Source of the DNA: Lingula anatina
Lineage: Eukaryota; Animalia; Brachiopoda
Assembly: GCA_051362555.1 (NCBI GenBank)
Contig: CM120640.1
Location: forward strand, 17,174,001-17,238,000
Direction of reading: 5' to 3'
Length of the DNA stretch: 64,000 nucleotides
Shown piece after piece: positions 1 through 10,935 of this stretch. The notes under the pieces are model-generated. The model saw only the letters and a program-made list of their open reading frames with translations. It was not told where the DNA came from and did no database searches. The position numbers were made by a program, and so were the translations under genes. The stretch's first letter is position 1. Each line of letters opens with the position of its first letter.

Positions 1-1255
1 AAGTGCCCTGAAAAGTGATCACGATGATATACTGCATCATTATCATGCATTCCTATTAGTCATATTAAAAAAAAACTGTCACCAAGCCCTTAGTGAAGAT
101 TGGTTATCAAAGTATTCTTTGGCAGCACTTACATTTTTTGAAACATAAAAATTGAATTTTTAAAAAGAAATATGACTTCGGTGGTATTTCTTTAAGATAA
201 TTGGATGGCAGTGTTGCATACAAGTGTTATAATGGACACATTTTTTCTAATTGGACTCCAAGGAGCCAGACTGCTTTTCACATTCAAACAAGAGCTTAAA
301 AAGAAAAAAAATGTCAGAATAGTAAAAGAGGTATTTTGAATGTATTTACAGTCCACATCCATTTATATTCAGTATATAATGCCTGGTGTTCACAAATACA
401 GGTAGAGCTCTTTTAGGAAGCAAGTTGCATATTCCCATATTTTAATATCAGATATCAAATACAAGCATATGGAACTGTTTTGAATAAAGACATAAATTGT
501 CCTTGGTGATCAGCATATTTTTCTCTTATTTTAAGTCTTAAAAGGATAGCTAATGTATTTTGAGGTAATGCATTTGAAGACGGAACGTATGAAAATTTCT
601 TCAGCAAAAAATAAAAAAATAAAAATAAATAAAAAAAATAAAAGACAGAAAAGTCATTAGGTTCAACCTAGTGCAATGAAAGTGGAAATTTTTTATTAAT
701 TTTGGAAATATTTTTTTGTTTTTATTTATGTATTTTTTACATTTTTACACACTTTGAATAACTAAATACTTTGTGAATTCTTACTAGCGCCCATGCATAT
801 GGACTTCCTGTGCATGTATACTTGTACCATTGTTTTGTTGTTTTTTTACCCTCTATTTTTTATTGAATATAAAAGAGGTAACTGTTCATAACAGCCCAAA
901 ATGGATTCTCCTGGAGTAAAATGACCAATAGTTACTGGGGTACTGAATCAGTTTTGACATTCAAAATTAGTCTGTACTGTAATTTTTTAATTTATTTTAA
1001 CAGAGTACAGCCACCATGTGATTGGATGGCAAGAACAGTTTCCAAAATAATTGTGAAAACTACCATTTTGGTGGTAAAATGGAATATATATTGTATTCCT
1101 ATGGGTTCTTTACACTATGTAATGTGAATCTCATACAAAGTTGTTAACCCTTTAAAATATTCATTTAAGAAACGATGAATTTGTCTGTGCAAAATAAAGA
1201 AAAACAAATTTGTTTTATTTTAAACTTAAGTTTTGGACTCAGAAATGTTCAATTA

Positions 1256-1945
1256 CCTACATAATTTCATAAGTAACATTGAAACATATGCAAGGTACAT
1301 GTACTGGTAGCAGGGCATAGAAAAAGAAGGTGCAGCATAAAAATTTACAAGTTAGATATAAAACTGACACGCATTGTTTGACCATCAATTGAAAACTGTA
1401 ATAATATCCAAAATAACTGGTGATAATCGCCAAAATTAAGTACATCTGCAAATGTAAACAAACGCCGAGTTGGGCCCGTCTTGGGTCATGGATGACGCAA
1501 AAACCTGGATTTTGCACGATTTTTGGTACAAAAAATTCTGCAACAATTTTTTCCAAAGATGGATTTTAATGATTTTGTATACATACAATATTGATTAAAA
1601 GATACGTTATCTCTTATCCGGAATTTCCCGCACACTCTCTAGTTGAGGAATAGTGGCCAAAGTTACGATGTTGCCAAGGTCAAATTTTACCGCTCAGTGC
1701 GACTTTGAAGAACGCAAGCTCACTCTAAACGACAAAATTTCAGTAGAAGGCTGCGTGAATATGAAGTCTACATACCCCACAATCATAATATCGTATTAGA
1801 CTTGCTAAGTATGCATTTATTTAAAGTATATAGCCATTTTTCGACCAAGTTTAATTTTTTACAAAATTTGAGCCCGACGTTACGTCCTGGCGCGAGAAAA
1901 CGACGTTATATCACTCCGCATCGACAGTATGTGTCCTACTGTTAA
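1256..1945. repeat. Possible degraded non-autonomous DNA transposon fragment
   Basis: Locally CpG-richer non-coding block ending in ...GTCCTACTG-TTAA. No matching opposite terminus was found and the boundaries are approximate. Confidence 0.2.
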
Positions 1946-3098
1946 GCTTGTCCCGTTCAGGAACTCCTGGAGGACCGTGCAGCAATCCCTAGGGCTGTGG
2001 GTGTTACGCACTTGGTCCCATGTGATGCGCTCGCCACGAAATTCAGATAAGATCACCCTAATATATTGCAGTTACACCCACAGACGCTGGTTATACCATC
2101 ACATGCTCCAAGGCCCTCTTCACATAGTTCGTTGCACGTGTATGTATCGAAGCATTTAGACTGGTCCTTTACATGTAGTTACGCTGCAGATTATTTTGTT
2201 TCCTTTAAAAAAAAACCTCTTCCCACTGTTTGGCCCCATCAAAATTTTTCTTGTTATGTGGCTCTCTTTAGGTGATTCTCTAACGTGGAACTCTCAAAGC
2301 ATACCATGTTATGGTACAGCCATATCGCTGAAATATAACGCTCGGTGTGAGAAGGACTCAATGTACCCCTATCGCTATGGACTATCACTACCCAGCAGAT
2401 TAGTAGGCGTAGGACTTCAATAAATTAGAATACATGGCGTTGACACCACATTAATCTTTGTTCTTAAGTAATTAAGAGTTTATATCACTTTATTTCTTTC
2501 TTGCGTTTTTGTGTTTCTATTTTTTTAATATTTGATATTTTCTGATTTGCTGGAGGTTTGCTCTGAATATCTATTTCAAAACATTTAAAATTAAATATGC
2601 TATAAATTAAGTACTTGCAGAATGCATAATACCTTTTCATATGGAATACACAGCTGAAGCTGCATTCAAAATTTATCCGTAGAAAATTCCAACTGTTCAT
2701 AAAACAAATGCGTAGCATTTTATGAAATTGCATAAAACGGTTGCTTGACAAACACATATTAGTACACGCGTGTGGAATTGCGCAAGTCAGTCACATGCTC
2801 ACTACAGCGCATTCATGATATATAACACAGCAATATGTCAATATTCAAGAAGTTCAGTTTTATCCACAGTGTAGAAATAATGTTTACTAGTCTTCCTATC
2901 ACGTGTGAACTACTAATGGGCGTAACGTTCGCTGCCTGGAGAGAAAAGATATTCACGTGAAGTCACAGGCCAGGGGGCTCGATATGCTGGAGATAAACGA
3001 ACGCCGTTTTATCGTTGACTATGCCTCTACATCTTTCAACACACTCATTCTCACACTTTCTACCCGAGTAGCAGCATCGCTAGACGGTCTCCGTTACA

Positions 3099-5264
3099 AT
3101 GGGCTCCAAGGGCAAGTACCGTGGCATGGCCCTCCTGTTCCTGGCGGCCTTTCTCCTGTCGAGTGTATATGCAGAGGAAGTAGAAGAAGAAGAATGTGAT
3201 ATTCACGCGTATTTTGACGAGGGGGCAATGACTCTGGACACTTGGAAGATCGTCCTCGGTACTTTTGAACTTCTATCATTTTTAAATGATACATAAATAT
3301 ATGGCGTTAGGGTTTAGGCATTTCAGTTAAAAAAAAAAGCTTCACGTAAGAGTCCATGCGAAAAAGGCAGAGCGTACTCAAGTCTAACCGGCTGTCTAAC
3401 TGAAAACCAAATACAATCTTACTTAAATTTTACACAAAATTTGTTGAATTATTATTTACACGAAACAGCAGTGTAAAAAATCTTAACCTTATTGCGTTTC
3501 TGTTTTAGGTACCATATTCTTTGTGATCGTGCTGCCCTTCATTTTCTTCGAAATACGTTTTTTCCCTGTCGAAACCACAGCTGCCGTGCTAATTGGCTCC
3601 TTCCTGATGGTGGCCTTCACCATTATTTCTCAACCTGTCACGTACGAGATACTTGGCGAGGTAGAAAACCTAAGAACCATATTCCTTTTGATGGGGATGA
3701 TGTTGATGGCGCAGTACTTCGAACGCGAGCTCCTGATTAACAAGGTCCTGAACGCGTTCCTGAAAGACAACACGACCATGTTTGGTTATCTATGGAGAGT
3801 AGGACTGTTGAGTTTTATCCTGTCAGCGCTCTTCACGAATGATGCCGTCTGCTTAATTGTCACCCCCCTAGTTCTCAAACACTGGGCCAGACAAAATCGG
3901 CAGACCAACGAACTGGAGACCGTCTTGCTGTGTATTGCTACAAATGCTAATATCGGTAGTTCAATGACTATCTTCGGTAATCCTCAGATGGCTCTCATTG
4001 CCTCTGTCACCGATTCTCACCCTTACAGCCGCCTCGACCTCCTAACGTGCTTTACGTACATTGTACTTCCAGCCGTAATAGGATATTTTCTTAATCTTTT
4101 CTTTCTGCTCATGCACTATAACTACGGCTGCATGACCAAGCCTGCCTCACCTCCTCTCCTAGGCTACGACCCTGAAGAGATGAACATGGATGCTTTGGGA
4201 GATGAAAAGACCCAGTCCGTGGAAAACTCGGGAACATCAGCCAATTCCATGCGCCTAGGTGCCGACCGTAACGCTACAAAAACCACTGAGCGTTCGCAAA
4301 ATGCAGGCGATAAGTCAACCGGTGGCTGCGTCGTTAATGAAAATGGCACCCTGATTACCAGCGTGACAGTGGTTGAAGAGAACAAATACAATCCGGAGGA
4401 ATATGGACCCACCGAAAACAAGAAATTCCACATCTGCATGTGTTTAATCATGACTCTTGTAGTTGCCCTCTTCATAGCATCCACCAAAGAAGTTCCATTT
4501 GATATTGGTAAGTTGATGTTCAAATAAGTAGTTTTCACACTGAATTAGTATATATATGCAGGCGTATATACTTTCAAATTGCTTTTCAGAGTCAAAATGC
4601 TTTTTTTTCTTTGTTTTATGATGTATGGTAATCTTAAAACTTATCAAATTGACTGAATTTCCCATTTGAAATTTTCCCATTAAATCCCTGCAGTCCTATT
4701 TGAACCTATGTATCGTGCCTGTTTATTACAGGTTTGGTCCCAATGGCTGGTGCAGTAATGATGATGATCGCCGATGGCCTCATGAACAAGAGGAATTCCT
4801 TGCAGATCATAAAACGCATCGACTGGGACGTCCTACTCCTGTTCTTCGGCTTCTTCGTCTGGCTCGGCGCCTTTAACTACACCGGTGTCCCACGTTGGTT
4901 TTGGACAAAACTAGGGCTAGACCATAACGACATGGTAACATTCGAGGAGATAGCTCTCATGGTGAGCTTTGTCATCATAGGTTCCAACCTTTTCAGTAAT
5001 GTACCCCTCTGCATTCTGGTTCTTGCACAGCTAAACCCCTGTAAGAATCAACTGGGAATGGTTCTGTATCTCGCTTGGGTGTCTACTGTGGCAGGCAACT
5101 TAACCTTATTTGGAAGTGTTGCCAACTTGATAGTTGCTCAAAAGTCTTTGCAAACGCTCAAGTTTAGACTGACTTTCTGGGCGTACTTGAAATACGGGTT
5201 TGTTACAACTATGATTATTTGCTTATTAGGAGTAGGTATAATATACGGGTTGTTACTGATTTAA
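3099..5264 (+). CDS. Lsi2-like (silicon efflux transporter-like) ArsB/NhaD-superfamily permease, paralog A, ~563 aa
   Basis: Exons 3099-3258, 3509-4507, 4732-5264 (GT-AG, both introns phase 1; 1692 nt). Motifs SALFTNDAVC, ATNANIGSSMTIFGNPQ, SNLFSNVP and LAWVSTVAGNLTLFGSVANLIVA resemble plant Lsi2 (recalled as SALFTND, ANIGS...GNPQN, SNVP, AWVSTVAGN). Many TM segments. N-terminal signal-peptide-like segment MALLFLAAFLLSSVYA. Confidence 0.88.
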
Positions 5265-7388
5265 ACGAGAACTTCGTCATAACTTCTATTCATTTTATGG
5301 CTTCGGTAGTTTGTAAATATATATACATTTGGTGTTTACATAAATGGGTTACCTGATAGATAGATAAATAAATGATTGTATATGTGTTGTTGCTGTCCAG
5401 TTCTTCATCTTTCGTTCTGGGGATTGCCAATATGCCTGGGTTTGAATCTCATCTGTGACATAAATAAAGCAATCTATTATTAAACTGTTAAATTGATGGT
5501 TCTTTTTCGCAAACATGCACCTGTTCACTGCGACACAAACACGCATGTATATTAGGTATTAAGATTGGTAAACACTGTTTAGAATGCCAGAGAATGGACT
5601 GTGTTGAAACTAGCTGCGACATGGAGAATAGATTTAACGGGATCGAGTAATATTTACAAAGATACTGTACAGAGATTTATTGTACACGGTATATTGTGTC
5701 AAGTGTGAGTGCAGATATTTTCTCGGATGTCTTGGATCAAGTAGGTGTTAATCAACGGCTTTGTTTTTAATGGCGATGTTACGCCTTGCTAAACTAGAAG
5801 TATAGAAGGTTGCGTAGACGCTGTAGTTGATTCGTTTTTTCCCAGATACTATGTAATCCATAGGAGATGATTATTTCCTGTGCAAAGGAAAAAAGACTGC
5901 TTGCTGCCTGAATATCACTATTTTTTTTTAAAGTGAAATGGTTTGTAAACTAATGGTTTGTTGAATTTTGAATCACAAGTCACTGTATTTATTATTGGCC
6001 CATTGTTCCTAAATGACATTACTTTCTTCAAGCAGGCCAAATAAATTGACCAGCACCATTATGCCAGGGGCCTGTTTTGTTTCGATATTCTTTAAAAATG
6101 TGTAAAAACATGACATTTCACACGAGAAGCTTATTTCTTCTAATTACTTGTGCTGTTTTTTCTTTCTATTATTAAATACTTGTACTGTTTTCTTTTTTTT
6201 TTTTTCTATTATGCAGAAACCAAAATTGCTCGAAAACTATTAAAAATTACCTAGAGTAATGAATACCTTACACTTTTTTGCTGGTGATTGTCATTGTATT
6301 GGAATTTTCATTCCAGCGATTTCCCTTCACGTCCTTGTAAATGTACCAATAATAAATGCACATGCGCAATAAAAAGTTTCAGTAAAACATTCTACTATGT
6401 TTTATCCTTATTTCCTTGGCTTTAAGAGAAAACGAAACTGTAGTAAACGCCTGCAGGTGAAGTTTTCAATTTGTTCATCTGGCTTTTTACTCCGTTCTGA
6501 TACGATGCCCTTCGAGGCATTGTGTGACCTGGCCGTAACAGTATCAAGGTTATTGCTGAACAGTTTTCTGCGTTTGTCCCATAGACATCGTTACCTAACA
6601 CTTGTTGTCGATTATCATACCATCTAGGGTTGACATTTCACACCGGCTACGGTATATCCATATGTAAGTACGAATGTAGCGACTTCTTCTTCACTGTGAT
6701 ATATTTTAATTTAGTATTACATGGCTGATTTCTCGGAACATTACACGCAATGAAATTGATGAACGTTTATGCTGCCAGTACTACACGTTGAACGTTCAAT
6801 GTCATCTTTGACACAGTATTAGAGGCTGGGTAATGGCGAGGCCTTCTTCTGCTCCATACTGACCTCAGGTAGGCCTCAGAGTGAGGCAGTTCTAATTTGC
6901 ACAACCCACGAACAAAAAAAAATACGACCGGTAGCATAGTTTAGTGTTGGCCTTAGTGACGCATTGACAGTGTATGTTTGATCAGGACAGAGACATGTGG
7001 CCACGCAAAGCAAGATTTGGACAAGGTCTACCAGGGCTAAATATTACTATGAAAAAATTGCGTTCGCGTGCAAATCATGAAATATTTGACGTGATATGTT
7101 TGATGCTCATAAGAGAACAAATAAAAAGAATAGTAGTCACCATATAATTAAATACTCATTATTTAGAACAAAATATTCTTAAAAAGCCTTCTCAGAATGC
7201 ATTTCAATCGCCATGCTTAGTATGCTTAGTTCTACTCATCTAGAAACCTGCCGAGATAGCGTTTGGAGTCATTGTAAAAGTAAAAAATGCACTGCTGTGT
7301 TAGAGTAAGCTACATGAAGCTTGTCAATTGATCCCAATACACTTTCGTGTCTTTCAGGTGATATTTTAAGGGAAGACATATACCAGAT

Positions 7389-9851
7389 ATGGATCCCAGT
7401 GATTTTGTTCCAGTGACGGACTCCGCCTATCTCATAAACTGTTCTACCTACAACGCCACCTCGGACGTAGTAACCTACGTCACAATAACTTCAGACTGGA
7501 AAGCCATCGTCAGTTTCATCTCTATCCTTATTTCTGTGCCATTCATGTTGTTCAACATTAAGTTCTTTCCGATCGGACCGTCTGGTATGCTCCTCAGCGC
7601 TGCCCTCTTGCAGGTAGCGGCAGGTATATTGCAGTGGTCGGACGTGTACACCATTGCTAGGAAAGCGGCTCATCTACGAGCCATCTTCATGATATTGGGA
7701 ACAACTATGGTGATAAGGTTCTTTGCCCGTGAACGAATCCTAGCGGGTATCTTTAATGTGGCGTTGAAACGGTACGGTGACGTCAAGTTCTGGGGTTTCG
7801 TATGGCGAGTCAGTGCGCTAACGGCTGTGTTATCACCAGTGTTCACTGCTGAGGCTGCTTGTTTTGTTGTCACCCCAGCTGCACTCAAGTTCTGGAGACT
7901 TCACAGCCGAGACCCCAATGAAGTCGAGACCATTTTGCTTACCATAATTTCCTCCAGCACCATAGGTAGTGTTGTCAGTATTATAGGCAATTTGCAAATG
8001 ATGATATTAGCATCATTCACGGATTTTCCAATATTTGAGGGTTCAAGACTTGATCTGCGTCGGTCACTTTTCTACCTGGGTCCTCCTGCGGTGACTGCCT
8101 TCTTTCTTAACCTTGCCGTCCTGCGCATCCACCATGTCCTTATAAAAAACGACAAAACATATCAGAACCAAGACCTGTACAACGGCGACAGCAGCTTCGA
8201 CTCTCAAGACCCAATATCTGCAGCGACCTCCTTCGAGTTGAGTGGGAGATCTATCGCCAGAGACTTAGAATCTTCCTTGACAGGTTCGGTGTTGACGTCC
8301 AAGTCTATGGCTTGGCATAATATTGTTTCAGATTCAAACTACGAACTTTCCAGGAACAGCAACGCAAGTCGCAAGCAGTCGGATTCCGACAGAGCGGGGT
8401 GCTACACCTCAGATTCGGAAATAAGTTCTGTGTCACGCAACCGCAGCCAGCGAGGCAGTACAAGCGGGTACGACGCAGGGTCCTCGTGTATGGATCACAC
8501 AGGTGAAATGAAAGATATCCCGTGCAGGAACTACCGTTGTTTAGCCCCCAGTGACTGTCTGGCGTTTCAGGTCTTGATGTGTGGCATGTTCTGTGCAATG
8601 ATGATTTTATTTTTGGTGTCTCACAAGCAGTTTCACGTTGACGTCGGTAAGTGATTGCCAAGGTATTTTTTGTTGTTGTTTGTTTTTGTTTGTTTGTTTG
8701 TTTTGTTTTGTTTTGCTATAAATTGACGGAGTGGCTTTGTATTGTAAATCGGCAGCTTCTTTCCAAAAGCGGCATGATCGGGTCATTTCTACTTAAGTTA
8801 TTAATTTATTGATATACCCATAACTGTCAAACATTTTTACTTCAGATTTGCTGAATGACTTTCTCTCGTAACAAAGCATCAGCGGAATATATTTTTAAGA
8901 TTTTTCTTTTTTTTTTTCTTTTTAAGTGTTGTTGCTTTTATTCTTGTTTGGTGTCTTTTTAATTGCTAACTTTGCTCTCTGGTTTTCATTTTATAATTAT
9001 TTGTTTATTTTTCATTAAATTATCATTCATCTATTAATTAATCTTGTCAGATATCAATTACATCGACTTGTACTCAAAAGAATGATATGCGTTTAAAACT
9101 TTTTCCAAAACGTTTCGTACAACGTGACTGGAGTTGTCTTGGCAATATTTTCCAGCCCAGAAGCAAAAAATGGTTATCGCATTAGAAAAACCAATTTTGT
9201 GTTACTTAGATATATCCTTGAGCTACTGCTGCATAAAAAACCCAGTTCGATTAAATTATACATATTTTGTATGTTTTAACATTCATTCTAATTATTATTT
9301 TCCTAGGTTTGCTACCATTTGGTATCTGTACCTGGCTCCTGCTACTCGACGCCGTTATCAACCAGCGCAGCCCCATCCCTATGGTGCGAGCTATGGACTG
9401 GGCCGTGTTTCCTACCCTCATGGCCTACTTCATCTGGATGGGTGGCGTCAACAACAGCGGCCTGTCGCACTGGGTGTCAAAGAACATTGGTCTATCCAAT
9501 CCCGCCCTTGGTCAAGCCAAGGATATTGCTGTGTTAATTCTAGTGGTTCTTTTCGGTTGCTATTGCTTTACAAGTGTACCATTCCTTTTGGTTGTGTTGG
9601 GTAACTTAAAACCGTGTACCAAACAACTCCCATTCGTACTGTACGTGGCCTGGGCTGCCACTATGACTAACATGGTAACGCTTTATGGCAACAGTACCAA
9701 CATGATAGTGGTTAACAGAGGCATCCAAGATATCGGTTATCGTCTGACTTTTTGGAGGCTATTTAAATACGGTCTCCCCGCCTTAGTAGCTTCTGTGGCA
9801 TGCGGAGCGATGGTAATTTATACAATGCTACTAATTCCGTGGACACCGTGA
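7389..9851 (+). CDS. Lsi2-like ArsB/NhaD-superfamily permease, divergent paralog B, ~600 aa
   Basis: Exons 7389-8646 and 9307-9851 (phase-1 intron at the same D(I/V)G|L position as in paralog A; 1803 nt). Acceptor at 7356-7357 and an in-frame TGA at 7359 imply an upstream non-coding exon. Colinear with paralog A (FFP, E-TILL, SRLDL, NLKPC, YRLTFW..KYG). AATAAA at 9964-9969. Confidence 0.82.
8668..8715. repeat. (TTTG/TTTTG)n simple repeat
   Basis: Imperfect GTTT/GTTTT run at the start of the paralog B intron. Confidence 0.8.
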
Positions 9852-10058
9852 ACTGAGTTTAGTGTTCTTTTTGTTCATTCCTGTAAATGCTTTTATATCA
9901 AATCCATTTACATTGCGTAAACTCGGCGTCTACGATCGTTGTCCACTGATCATTTGGGTACTTAATAAACAAGTTAGTCTTTCATTAATTAGATAAACTT
10001 TTGTCTGATTGTCATTAAATGGTTTTCAAATTCCTCTTTTTCGGCAGGCCGCATAAAT

Positions 10059-10407
10059 AACTAGAAAAGCACTCCGAGAGCGCAGACCTCCGCAGAGGCA
10101 GCGATTTTTTATTATTATCGATTATTGATTGATTATTGATCCAGATCACCACCAAAAACTAATCATCTCTTTCTTGGCCCACTTCTGAAAGTTCCTGAAA
10201 ATTTCATCAAAATCGGTCCACAACTTAGTTTTTTATCATTGACTATTGATTGATTATTGATCCGGATCACCACCAAAAAATAATCATCTCTTCCTTGGCC
10301 CACTTCTGACAGTTCCTGAAAATTTCATCAAAATCGATCCATGAGTTATGTTGATGGCAGACAGACAAACAGGGGTGAAAACATAACCTCCTTGGCGGAG
10401 GTAATAA
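10059..10407. mobile_element. Non-autonomous Helentron/HINE (DINE-1-like) element
   Basis: Subterminal inverted repeat ACCTCCGC (10086-10093) / GCGGAGGT (10395-10402). Terminal hairpin ACCTCC-TTGGC-GGAGGT. Two internal tandem units with ~121-bp period (TGATCC[A/G]GATCACC at 10137 and 10258). Short (CAGA)n before the end. Confidence 0.75.
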
Positions 10408-10935
10408 TCAGGCGGCGCTTCATCATCGTTTGTGATTTAAGAAGAAATATATTAGAGTTTGAGCGAAAGTTGAAATATCATGTACTTCTTTCAAACGTGC
10501 TTGTGAATGTACTTTCTTCCAGATGAAAAATACAAAATAAGTTTTTTTGCCATTCTTGATCTTTATTATAAATAATTAAATATAGGACAACAAATTCTTC
10601 TTTAAAACACTGTCGAATATTGCAAACGAGTTAAAATGTTTCCAACCTATTTACAGTATTTACAAAAAAATGGATAGTAAAAGGTACAAACATCAGTTCT
10701 TCATGCTGTTTATCTAACATAATACAATATAATAATGTTTAGGGGCACTATGTTGGGATCATTCTTTACAAGTGACATGGTATTTGTTTGAGAGAGAACA
10801 AGTTATAGTAACTTATAGTAACTTTACTTTTGGCAACGTACTAGTACTTTTTTCCTCAGTGATTTGATGCCCTCATTACATGCATTTCACAAAAACCATC
10901 TTGAACATTTTTGAGTCTTTTTCTCATTTTCTGCA

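Noticed and set aside
1-1250. Possible gene or ORF (921-1127) at the window start
   Set aside because: No recognisable protein or consistent splice structure. The AT-rich sequence with AATAAA near 1193 could be the 3' UTR of an upstream gene, but this cannot be shown.
4164-4538. 124-aa minus-strand ORF (also 8305-8661, 35164-35466, 35476-35754)
   Set aside because: These are antisense shadows of real coding exons with no independent coding signal.
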